NCBI GenBank assembly: GCA_003344405.1
Contig: NOWV01000201.1
Location: forward strand, 62,001-126,000
Origin: Trichoplax sp. H2
Taxonomy: Eukaryota
Direction of reading: 5' to 3'
DNA: 64,000 nucleotides
Made by a program: the position numbers and the translations under genes. The notes under the pieces were generated by a model. The model saw only the letters and a list, made by a program, of their open reading frames with translations, did no database searches and was not told the DNA's origin. Below, in pieces: positions 52,022 to 64,000 of the stretch (the stretch's first letter is position 1; each line of letters begins with the position of its first letter).

Positions 52022-53005
52022 CGCGTATTGGGCTCAGAATTCTTTCTCCGGGTAGCAGTTTGCTGCATGTCTCTCTCTACCTTGTACCTGGCGGACTTTA
52101 GAGACTTACTGTTAGGTAAATAAAGTTCTCTTCTCTTGAAACAGTTCTCTCTCGTCTCAGTCTACAAGTAGAAAGATATATTATTGCAGAGTTTAGAAAG
52201 AAACTCTAACGCTAACAGTATTGTATTATATATACAGTATAGTACAATATTGTGTTATGGTGTTAGCGTATTGAGCTCAGAATTCTTTCTCTGTGCAGCA
52301 GTCTCTCTCTCTCTCTCTACCTTGGACTTGAAAGACTTAGAGTAATAAAGTTCTCTACTCTGAAACAGTTCTCTCTCGTCTCAGTCTACAAGTAGAAAGA
52401 CATATTGCAGAGTTCAGAAAAAACGCTAACCCTAACGGTATTGTGTTATGATGTTAGCGTACAGAGCTCAGAATCCTTTCTCTGTGCAGCAGTCTCTCTC
52501 TCTCTCTCTACCTTGGACTTGAGAGACTTAGAGTAATAAAGTTCTCTACTCTGAAACAGTTCTCTCTCGTCTCAGTCTACAAGTACAGTAGAAAGACATA
52601 TTGCAGAGTTCAGAACAAACGCTAACCCTAACAGTATTGTGTTATGGTGTTAGCGTATTGAGCTCAGAATCCTTTCTCTGTGCAGCAGTCTCTCTCTCTC
52701 TCTTTCTACCTTGGACTTGAAAGACTTAGAGTAATAAAGTTCTCTACTCTGAAACAGTTCTCTCTTGTCTCAGTCTATAAGTAGAAAGACATATTGCAGA
52801 GTTCAGAACAAACGCTAACCCTAACAGTACTGTGTTATGGTGTTAGCGTACTGAGCTCAGAATCCTTTCTCTGTGCAGCAGTCTCTCTCTCTACTGTACC
52901 TTGGACTTGAGAGACTTAGAGTAATAAAGTTCTCTACTCTGAAACAGTTCTCTCTCGTCTCAGTCTACAAGTAGAAAGATATATTATTGCAGAGTTCTGA
53001 AAAAA
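52022..53005. repeat. Head-to-tail array of a ~190-bp unit (5 copies, outer two degenerate or truncated) with TGTTA...TAACA-type ends
   Basis: Unit starts at 52253, 52444, 52640 and 52833 (periods 191, 196, 193). Each unit has a (CT)n tract and AATAAA; the three complete copies end in ACGCTAACCCTAAC(A/G). Confidence 0.95.
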
Positions 53006-53671
53006 ACTACTGTAGTGTAGATACTGCACTGCATTCGCCATAAAGCTGCGATTAGACGCAATTTCATGACTATTCTACATACAGTAGACTAGAATGTTTA
53101 TTTTCTTCTCTTCCATCGGAAATTTCCACCCGCTTGTCTGTCTGTAAAAGGCTCCGTTGCAGTCCATGTCAGGAATGGACGTCCTTCTGTCTTTCCCAGT
53201 ACTGGGCCGACACTGGAACCGTTCCAGTATCATACAGCGCAGTAGTTGAACGACATTAATTTTGCGTCAATACTCGTCATGTAGTCCTATTGCTATTTCG
53301 GTAAGTATTTCGCTTCGCGGGTATTTCGAAATTTGGACTTAAGGGATGTCTAAATGGTCAATTTCAGTTCATTCAATGGACGCTAACGGTAATATAACTC
53401 AACTGCTACAGTATGATAGGCTATTATTTAGAGGAATCAAGTCATTGGCAGAAATAATATCGTTATTGTATGTCTCATCTACTGTAAAACTGGCTGGCTA
53501 GGCTAGCAATACAGTAAGTAGCAAGTCCATCCACCTAGGCGACATTACTTTTGTAAAAGTTGACTGCATACAAAAGGCAATAGTAAACTCAAGCCTTGGA
53601 CACGGTACAGGTTTCCATGGTGGCAAGGACAGTATGGCAAAGCCAAGGTAATCTCGGAGCAACCCGCAATC

Positions 53672-56628
53672 ATGGCTCGCAATAAAGAAAAGCAATTTAG
53701 CAAATTAAATCGTTTTCTCCTAGCTAAGCAAATTGAAGATGATGAAGCTCAAGGTTGTTGGCACAAATTGACTTGACGTAATAATAGTCATTCACCAAAT
53801 TTCATACATTGACAACATACTCATAGACTAGTATGGATTATTCTGGCTATCAACAAATAAATCAAGATGCATATCCTACGGTAGAGTAGTAGCTAGTAGT
53901 ACAGCTAACGACTTGCAAGTTTGGCCATTCTGTAATAGAATTTACTGTATTGCCCATAATTACAACTAAGTAGGAAGATAATCACCATTGTAACCGGTAT
54001 GTGGTATTTTAGCATCGATGGGTAAATTCTGCAATGGTAAAAGAAATTACCTTATTCATGACTCTCAGTTTGTAAGAATAGTAGTATATTGATGCAAAGC
54101 ATCACCAGCCAGGACATTTGTAGTAGTGTTATTGTAGAAATAGAGAAATAGAATACGGTAGTAACTGACTATCTACTTTAGCATAATACACGTGTATATC
54201 AACAGGGGGATCGCTATTACGTGTAGAAACTTGCAGACGCATAAGCTTTAGCCAGACTTGGATAAACTTAATGTAGTATAGAGGATAGATGTCATCTTGA
54301 ACTAAATAACTGATATATGAATGCAACTGATTTTATCGCATCGAAATGTTGCACCTTTTTTAAAATCAACCTTTATTAATGATAGGCGAGAGACTGATCA
54401 GCAAGCAAAGGCCTCCATTGGTAAATTACTCTTTCAAGCTGATGCATAAATTAAATTAAACCATGAATAGTTTCACTTCTTATCCTGAATTTACAGTAAA
54501 AGCTTTTGTCTTATGCCTGTTACCGTATTGATGCTAACCATAGAGTTGATTTCTCCCTGTTTCCGATTTGCAATTGTATGTAGAATGTAGACAACATGTA
54601 ATGAATAGGTTTTTAATCCTTTATCGACAATTACTTTATTAAGCACAACCGACTACTCTGCGCCATATACTTGTACAGTAGTGCTTTACTTCCTATTGCT
54701 ATTATCATGGACTACTAGAAGGTCTTCTTAGATGTTCATGCTATTACACTTTTAAAACACCTAATTACTGCTGTAATTAGCTGAAATCACTATGCAAACA
54801 TCTTCAGCATATGGAACATCAAGCTGAAGGTTATTTACTGTTAAACACAATAATTAATATTCACTTGATTTAGTACTACGTAGTAGTCCTCATAGGAGGA
54901 CAACAGTGAATACTTGATAATTAGATAATTATATTCATTTTCTGTAATGTTACATAATTGTATACAGATAGGAAGGATAAACTGAGGATGATACAGTGGT
55001 GATATTTTAACGATTATTGTTGTCGAATAAGCGCTTACCTCATATCATTGATTGCTATATGGATCTACTGTCTTTTAAGCGTACTTTAAAGACTGCTGAA
55101 GATGTAAAAAAGTGGATTCCAAGCATCAAAAGAGAGCTTGATTATTATTTACAAGTAAGAATGAATTAAAAATAATGAGATAAATACTGTATAGGCCGAT
55201 CCTATTTAATGCTACCCAACTTTGTCTACAGGGTATACTGATATAATGTAGTTAATAGTTATAAGATTGAATACTATATCTTTTCGTCATACGATTACAA
55301 TAATATAAATACTCGTACGTGTATAGATGAGGGTTCATTTCAATGACATGATACTCTCTGACTTAACTAGACTATAATTTCATTATAATGGATGATTCTG
55401 TTCATTAGGATATTATAATATCTACTAATTCTCTTCTTCATAGCAAATATCCGGAGTGCGCAATTATCCTGAAGTAAAAATAAAAGAATTTAGGGAAAAA
55501 GTAGATAACTTAGAGATAGAACATAAGAGGTACAACCGGATATCATATCAATAAGAACTGCCAAATATGTAACCGCTTTATTGAATAAAAAATCGCGTCA
55601 TGCATACGACGAGGACGAGTCTTTCGATTTTTAAGTCGCAATCTGAAAAATCTTCATAAATATCTACATATTTACGTCTAGAAATAATTCATGTTCGTCC
55701 TATTATAGAGTATACGATGCTTCAATGTTATTATTTCGTTGATGTCGAAGCTAGGTTTATTAAAAAAGTTTACCAGCTAGAACCTCAAACAATCGACGAA
55801 CCTTGGAAACCTCGAGCTTACCGCAGTAAGAAGCGCCTGTGCGAACAGCCCCAAGGTAAAATTATAGACTATATATGCGCATACGCGTTATCAGTTCTGA
55901 TTGAACACCTTTCAAATAAACCATATTAGCAGTTTTGTTATTGTATTTACTGGAAATGGATACTGTTTTGATGACTTCAGGAGATCAGTTGCAGATAAAG
56001 AAAGTTCATTTACCGTTGTTAGAAAAGGAAAAGCAACTAAGTTCTGCTAGAACAAACTGTGAAGGTGAAATGATCTCGCAACATATTCCAACTAATTTTC
56101 AGGACCAACCTTTAAAACTGAAATCGGTACCTAGTCCGTATTTATTAGCAACTGCTGCCCGTTATTCTAAGGTACGGTATTGTTAGTAGTGGATGGTTAT
56201 CCTATCGATAATTCCGTGATAATATCACCAACGATCTAGTAGTAGATCGTTTTACAGAAGGTTTTACAAAGAATAGAGTACAGATAAATATATCTACGCT
56301 GAGTTGTTGAGTAAAGTTAATATTGATTCTTGTACTTAAAGAGTCAAGTTACTAATCAACCGTTGCCGCCTGCACAGAATGAGACTGAAGAAAATTGTAA
56401 AGTCAATAACTGGTAAGGTAGTGTAACTATACAGATTATAGTGATAATAATCACCTTATATTGATTATTGGCGAACGACGTTATTCGTTAATATTGAATT
56501 GCAAATTTCGTAATATCTGCTTTAATCATTATACAAATTATCTGCAATAATGAGGTAATTTTAACATTTCAATTTTCAGTCTTGGTCTTGACTACTCATC
56601 AAGTGATTCAGATAACGAAAAAGTATGA
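53672..56628 (+). CDS. ISY1-like protein (divergent Isy1 splicing-factor family member); exons 53672-53753, 54386-54420, 55080-55154, 55444-55529, 55755-55855, 55981-56171, 56378-56412, 56580-56628 (217 aa)
   Basis: Spliced protein MARNKEKQFSKLNRFLLAKQ...QRPPLRTLKTAEDVKKWIPSIKRELDYYLQQISGVRNYPEVKIKEFREKVDNLEIEHKRFIKKVYQLEP...PWKPRAY...LGLDYSSSDSDNEKV*. The MARNxEK start, RP and KW spacing follow the Isy1 pattern. Seven GT-AG introns with consistent phases. Confidence 0.8.
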
Positions 56629-57396
56629 GTACAGCCTTGGATGATTAGTTTTACAATTTTATCTCATTGTAATTCCAGTGAGTTAGCTACTCTTACTAGC
56701 TCCAACATGTACATTACCTATTTAATATGCTAAATACAAACGCACATAGTGAGTTATGCAAAATATCTTTATTGCACCATTTTTATCTAATTGTTACCAA
56801 CTCCGATATTGATAAAAAATATTACATTAGAACGTATGTTAGGCACGCGTTTTACTGTAAATGAAGTAGTAGTAGCTCATTGGAGATTGACTGGATCATC
56901 AAGCAATTGATGCATTGGCTGATCGTAGAGATCAAGTTATTATGATGATCATTTGGATAACTTGGATAATGCCCCTTCACTGCAAAGTAGAAAATAAAAA
57001 TCTTCATTTTTAAGAAAAAAGGGTTTAAATCTATTGTTAAATGTATAGTATCATTGATTATTGACCGATGACACAATTACAACAGAGACAATTATATCAT
57101 AACATTATGAAGAAATGAGACAAAAAATATATCGAATCGAACGACTACCACACTGTAAAACATATTGGTACTGTATACAGTTGTTTCATAGTTTCAAAAT
57201 TTACTTCTAATTTAACCATTACAATGCCGTGGTAATAATAATCCTTTGCTGTACATAAGTGGCATAATTTCTAATGACATAAATAAAAAAGCATATTGCT
57301 GACTTTATAAAATCTGTACAGTTTGTTTGCACAGAATATTTTTTGGGAAGTTACTTAAAAACAATAAAATTTAAAGAAATCTAACGTTGAAGATTG

Positions 57397-60300
57397 CTAA
57401 AAGACTTCCTGGGCTAGAGATTTCAAAGCACTAGCAATTTGCTTTATCTGGCTGTTAGTAAATCCAGTTGTGATTGCTAAACGAATACTGCAAAGGAAAG
57501 AGTAATATATGATTAGTAAAGATCATACACCATATTAAGGTATTGAAAAAATAATAAAGAATATCATTAAACCGTAAACCTAAGTTGTACTGTAACTAGA
57601 AGTGATTTTAGGCAAATTTTACCTGGGTGCAGGTAGATGTAACTCGTCGTGATCTAAATATTTCGCTACATTTGCTATGATCTTGTGTTGATCTTGCAAC
57701 TAAAAGTAATAGGAAGATAAGTAACTTGATGAATATTTCTTATATCAGTTGCCGTATAGTGTAGTTCACATTGTTAAGAAGTCATACTTTCTGAACAAAA
57801 ATTTCGAGTTTAGCTTCATCTTCCGACCGAGACGATGACGGCGCGCTCAAGAATAAGTGAACAATGGGGGAGTTAATGTTGCCACTAACATTAAATCCCT
57901 TAATTCTTTATAAAGGAAAATGAGTACGTATTATGAGCGAAGCTTAAGCGAGAATACTTCAAATACAATAAGATTGTAGGTGATCATAATTTCGAGGCTA
58001 CATACTTTGCAATCTCTTTTCTAAACAGTGCACTTTTTGACTGAAGTTCAGAGAAAATTTCTAATTTTGAAATAGAAAAATGTAAATTGCCTAGCAAGTC
58101 TTATATAAATACATGCTGTGTATATTACTTGGTTCTGCTTCCATATAGTCGAACGCAGCAAGTGCAGCTTTTGCAAATAATGGTGGAAGAGATGCAGAAA
58201 AACAATATCCTAATCCTGAAAGGCGCTATAAACAAATAAACGTATAAGAGAATTAGATTCGATTGTATTAATGACATCGTACGTATTTATCTCTCTAATT
58301 AATTATCTGAGAGCAATAACATAAAACTAGTGCTTGCCTGATGGTCTACAACATATGAATCGCCACAGCAAAATCCTCCAGAAGTAGCTACGGAATGCTC
58401 TAGTGACGCTGACATCAAATCTATGTCCTCTGTCTGTAAGCAAAGAGTTATTGAGAAATTGATTGTTTCCTATAGGTAATTTAAAAGTAATAACGTGAAC
58501 GAGACGTACCGGTAAATTATAGTGGTCTGCCAGACCTTTACCAGATTTGCCTAAGACTCCAAATGAATAACTTTCATCCAATAGGATGCGGAATTTATAC
58601 TTATACTTTAATTCGATCTAGTGGTAGGCCGTGAAGAAAAATGATATTGAGTCATTCCGAAGATAAAGTTGGTAAGTAAAATTTTTATATTTTCATCAAG
58701 TTATCGACTAATATACCAGTTCCGGTAATGGCAGGATGTTTCCAGTATTAATATAAAGGCCTTCAACAACTACAAATCTTCTTGTGATTTTAGCTAATTT
58801 TGGATTCTTTAAAATTGAATAAAATTTTTACATATAGATAAGTATGATGGTAGTGTATAGCTTATGAAACGTCTTATGAATTAAATGCGTTAGCTCAATT
58901 GGACACTGCCGATTATTCCGAAGCTACTAACTTCTTCGTCAAATTTTGCTTGCTTCTGCAATAGTCTTTCCAGGTCTTGCATATCGTTATGCTTAAATGG
59001 TCGACGTTGGCTTCGTGATGAAACAATTCCTCTCTGATTAGAAAATGATACTGCTTCGTCGCTATAACGCACATATAACGGAAATATCGAAGTTACTAAC
59101 ATTCGTAAGAGACTAATACATATTCATAATGGTAGAAGTGAATTATTTATCTGCATTAATTCAATCGCACATCCAAGCGATAACTTCGCCTACAATAATG
59201 TTAAAATCTTGATAGGAGCCAGAAGACTTACTAAAATATGATATCACCGCGCTTAGAATAAGATGGAATAGCACTTGATACAGTAGCAAATAAAAACGAG
59301 TATAACACAGCTTCTTCACGTCCTAAGAAGTCTGCAATTCGTTTTTCGAGGTCGTTATGTACATCTACATTAAGTAATAAAAGAACACTATCAGTTAAGA
59401 TTAGTATTTATAGATCAATTATTTTTCGATGATTAATAGGAAAATATTGTGGCAACAATGAAAATAAGAATCTTCTTAAATTCTTTAGTAATGAAGCAGA
59501 CTGTAGTTGGCTAGCAAATTTACGATTTGAATAGTTGATGACAAATGGTCTACTTACTCATTGTACCATAAAAACCACGCGGACCACAAGATCCAACTCC
59601 AAACTGGTGTATACCATCAACTGCAGCTTTCTGTTGTGATATTATACGTTAACTTTGAATAATGCTACCATAGGATATAAATAGTGTTAATATTGAAAGT
59701 TCTATACTTACTTTTAGTTTCTCATTGCCAATCAAGTTAATAAAGTTGAAAGATGTAAGATTATAACATTTTTCACCGTCGATTTCCATTATCGGGCCAC
59801 TTTTACTGTAGCAAACATACATATACATTAAAGTGATTTTAGAGCACGGCGCCAATCGAATTTCATTGTGAGTCGTTATTGCAGCATTATTTATAAGTTA
59901 ATAGTATCAAGTTACAATTATTGTGATTGGTGTTTATCAAGAATTATTCGTACTGCTAGTTAATTAAGTAGTAATCATATTCTAGTCGATATTACAGTGC
60001 TATTGATAGTGTTCTACTGTAGAACGGATGCTGAAGAATATTAGATTATTATTATACGATATCGTTATACCCAGTAATAATCCTTGGCTCCGATCGAGGT
60101 TTTCCTTTGCTGGGTGGTGCCAGCGGCTCTGGAGTCCATTCTCTAATGAGCTCTTCTTCCTCCTTTATTCATAAATAAAGCAAAATGAGCTTCAGTCTAG
60201 TGCTAATTATCAGAAATATAACTTTTGACTATAACACCAAGGAGCATAGCGCAATAGTCATTATAACTTGACAGTAGTAGAATGAATACATTAGAGATGC

Positions 60301-61685
60301 AAAGTTTCCAACTAACCATTTTAGTAAGTTTTTCGTTTTGGTTAGTAGAAAGTCTATAGCTTTTCGCAAACAATAGTCTTATAACTAGTATAACCAAGAT
60401 CGTCTCAAAAACAACATGATATAGTGGCACCTAATAACAAAGAAATGAATGCAATGTTAGACTGCAATATTTTTTGATGCAAGCAAATTCGACATCAAAT
60501 GTTAGTATTTAAAAATATCTAAAAATTAGGATATGGGCACATATCGATCAGACATAATTACTCTGACTGTGATAATAATATAATAGGAATTATTGCCTAT
60601 TTTAGGTTCTCTTATAAGAATATTATTGTATAATTAAGATAGTTTGAAGCTTATCGTAGGACAAGTATGATTTACAACGCTAATATACCGAGTGTATATC
60701 GGCTCACACAATTATAGAGTGCCACGCCACGACTGGGTGAAAAGTGGCTGCCAATTGCGCATCATTTGGTCGATCCTCTCAATGATTAGCTTTGATGGAC
60801 TATATTTATTTTGTAGTGGATTATTTACGATTGCTTTTCAGGATGTAGACGACCATATTATACGCATACTCACTTTACATTTAGCAATTTATATTTTACA
60901 TGTCATATCTGTTGTCTCAGTACTTAGGATTGATCACATTAGTAAAGTACTTACTACTGCGTATCTTTCGCAGCATTTGCACTAGTATTATCTGTACTAG
61001 CATGATATATTAATTCTAAATAGGCCTTCTTGTTGCAGTATGGATCACAGCTTGGTATGAATTCTTAGTTTCACGTTAAGCAATATTCTTCTAGCCTGGT
61101 GATAGCTATGCAAAGTTGTGAGATTAAAATCTTGCTACATCAAAAATTAATGATGTAGCCTTTCTCCTCAGTTATCATCTGCAACTATCCAAAAATATGG
61201 CTGTTATTCATAGATTAGATGCATTAGCGATACTATTGCTCCAGGTCAAGGCTTACTGCATGATTCGAGTAAAATAGATATAGAGGATGCATTACGTCAG
61301 ATAGTACGTATCAATTTATTGTAGCCAGTAACTTGCAGATACGATTAAAAACCTATTGAAATTTTACAGTGATAATAGAATGTATTGCGTTTTGTAAGTA
61401 TTTTATAGAGCATCCATTTATTGTAGCCAGTAACTTGCAGATATGATTCAAAAATTATAGAAATTTCGATAGCACAATGTATTCGAAATTTGGAAGTAAT
61501 TTATGGTATGAAGAATAGTTGATACGTCATTACATCCATGGCGCTAAAAGCTAAAGCAGGCACATTTGCAGAATAGATGGATTACCATTAAGATGAAATT
61601 GTTGAGCAATGTTAACTGTACAATCAATGCAGTATTAGTACAGGTTAGGATTACCTATAAGATGAGTTTGTAGAGCTGTTGTCAT
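57397..61685 (-). CDS. SPTLC1: Serine palmitoyltransferase subunit 1 (LCB1); exons 60430-60317, 60162-60071, 59805-59712, 59630-59558, 59364-59232, 59061-58932, 58806-58717, 58617-58510, 58433-58338, 58225-58129, 58060-58006, 57905-57788, 57699-57623, 57487-57397; tentative first exons 61685-61655 and 60596-60562
   Basis: N-terminal TM '[20 protein letters not shown]', 'EWTPEPL', '[13 protein letters not shown]', '[12 protein letters not shown]', '[11 protein letters not shown]', '[17 protein letters not shown]'. It lacks the PLP lysine ([13 protein letters not shown]), as expected for LCB1. The two 5' exons are supported only by phase and splice signals. Confidence 0.93.
61314..61508. repeat. 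~100-bp tandem duplication (2 copies)
   Basis: atttattgtagccagtaacttgcagata.gatt.aaaa occurs at ~61315 and ~61416 with diverged tails. Confidence 0.85.
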
Positions 61686-64000
61686 AGCCGATGAAAGCTA
61701 AGCAAGCTTACGCCAGTTGATCGAGAAACGACTCGTATCATTCAATAACCGTAGAAACGTTCTGGTGTAACTATTATGCTTCTCAAGTCAGTACTGTAAG
61801 CGATAGTCTAAAACCGCAGCCATATTGGATATTGTTAGATAGCGATACAGACTCTACTAATGTAGACTGGGATTCCCTGTAGGTTTGAAGAATACAAAAC
61901 TGATGCGAACTAACAACAATTTATAGACTAATGACTGTCAACAACCTTTGAGATGTTCTGTTATAGCTATCGTACCGTAGATATCGTACATTTAAAGTAG
62001 TCCGTAGTACAGTAGATCGCTTCATTTACAACTTGGATGGTACAAACAGCCATTAGACTGGATTATGGCTAATGAATCGGTGGGTTACAGCAAAGAGAGC
62101 TTATGATGGAGAGACTACTTATACCGTATGGGTATCAGTCGGTCACTAAGTAACCATCGAGACATTTTTGTTAGCGTATAGTAGTAGAACTTCAAATCGA
62201 CAGTGTTTATGTAAATACGCATTGCATATTTAGGATAGTCTATGATAGGATCGATCCTTTCCTTACAATTTGGGTTAGTAAAGTAATTACGCATGCATAG
62301 CTGTACAGAGTAGATTACCCATAGGATAAAGTTTGCAAAGTCATTACAATATAATCGATGGTAGCTAAGCAAGCAAGTGGTAGTTTGTGATCATGACGAG
62401 TTCTCGTATGAGACGATTTGTTACAACGATTATTCTTTCCAATATCGTCGATTTCAAGCAGTCCATGGTAGAATCGATGCCTTCATTGACAACTGCGATA
62501 GTAGAAACCATCAAGCTATACAGTGAAATCCGACTGGGATTACCATGATGGAAGAGTTTGCAAAGTTATTGCGTCGATACGTCGAGCTATGCGTCTTAGG
62601 AGAGTGGATCGGTTAACGACTCCTCCCTTTACTGGGCTATACTGTACAGTTGGAGTACTACACAGTTGGTCAATACTGTCTATATCTATCTATAGATATG
62701 GATGAATTTAATGACACATCTAGAATATTGTAATATTGTAACCGTCAAGACACTTGCTACCACCATCATGCATGTTTGATATCAATATTTGTCCATGAAA
62801 GTAGTCTATACAAGAACTGGGAGGAGATTTTCAATATCAAGATTCCATCTACATGCTTTCTCTCTTTCCATTTTGAAATCACTACCAAGACTGGCATAAT
62901 ATTGTTGTTACTCTCTTATTATTATTGACAATCTTGGTGCGCTGTTGCCTACTATTCCCACCTACCGTTGGTCTATCATGCATGCTTGGTCAAATTCAAC
63001 TTGGAAATCCTCCTCTACATACGTTGTATTTTAAAATATCGCTACAATAAGCTTCAACTTTTCACTCTACCTCAGTTCCAGGCAATCGCTGGAAGAGATT
63101 TAACACATCTTGAAATGGATTCCATGGCTTAACCGACTCCATAATCGAGCAATTTTCTTCCAATGCAGGACACCGCCAAGCAAGTTAGTGGAAAATGGCG
63201 ACGTTTGAATGAGATTCATCTACGCATGCTCGACAAGGTCACACCATTCATCGCTTCAACGCCACGATCTCGTGATGTGGTTGCCTGACCGGTGGTGAAG
63301 GTTCATAAGGATTTGACTGACCCTTGGCGGTTGCCTTGGAAACCCAGCTGTTGGGATGGGCGTGGGCAACCACCTCGTCAAAATAGTGACATCATCCAGT
63401 CACGATTGGGACGAGACTAGTGTATACTAGTGGACTCGACTCATGAATGAGTTAGTCGGCTTTCATTTCCATCAGCTATGTAAACAATTTTACGTTAGAG
63501 TAGCTGCAGTGCTAGCCAAAGTTCAAGAAGCTTTTACTTACAACAGTAGAGGATGATGAACTCTTCAATTGTAGACAGACTATCACGGCTATGGCGTGGG
63601 CTGTAGTACTACAGCATCATCAACGGTTTTGTTTCGTTATTGCTCACAACACACGATTGGCGTAAATAGGCATAATATCATGACCTGCTAAAGCAATTCA
63701 CGTCTTATGCCCAAATGTACTGACTACTCTATCGTTGTCTCTTGCTTTACCTTGATAGAGTTGGCTTATTTCAAATACTATAATGCTTTAGTAAATAGAA
63801 AGATAGTTTGCTTTTAGCTCATACCTAAACTAAAATTGGTCAATATGACTATGCAAATCATGGCTACAGTAGAAGCACAAATTTAGGTACTGTAGGCGCA
63901 TAGGAATGCAATCACTCCATACGGCTAAGCATTTATTCAGTCACGAGGAGTAGTTATGTACCGTACTTGTAAAGTATAGTATAGCAAACACTTCCATCAA

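Noticed and set aside
52022..53005. CRISPR-like array or true telomerase RNA gene
   Set aside because: The context is eukaryotic and the units are fully repeated with no unique spacers; only an 11-nt template-like match supports telomerase RNA
62740..63420. GC-richer tract with an interrupted minus-strand frame (MESVKPWNPFQDVLNLF...)
   Set aside because: Multiple in-frame stops and no recognisable domain; it may be a decayed element, but I cannot support that

Overview
AT-rich, intron-containing animal genomic DNA. The intronless rhodopsin-class GPCRs, compact housekeeping genes and low GC fit a non-bilaterian animal such as a placozoan; this is inference only. The window holds three single-exon class A GPCRs (two are clear paralogs), a polynucleotide kinase 3'-phosphatase (PNKP) gene preceded by a phosphatase-only paralog, a 6-exon typical 2-Cys peroxiredoxin, RPL37, an 8-exon ISY1-like gene and SPTLC1/LCB1. 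The spliced genes were assembled by hand and their exon phases are consistent. There are two ~190-200 bp tandem arrays, several degenerate tandem duplications and one 20-N gap. The strongest unexplained signal is a recurrent TA -> TA(CAG/CTG)TA 5-bp insertion that distinguishes copies inside both arrays and builds mixed-orientation TACAG/TACTG clusters just upstream of housekeeping genes. This matches the canonical Tc1/mariner excision footprint. A second candidate is a read-through peroxiredoxin isoform that replaces the YF tail with a 136-aa low-complexity, Cys-terminated tail.
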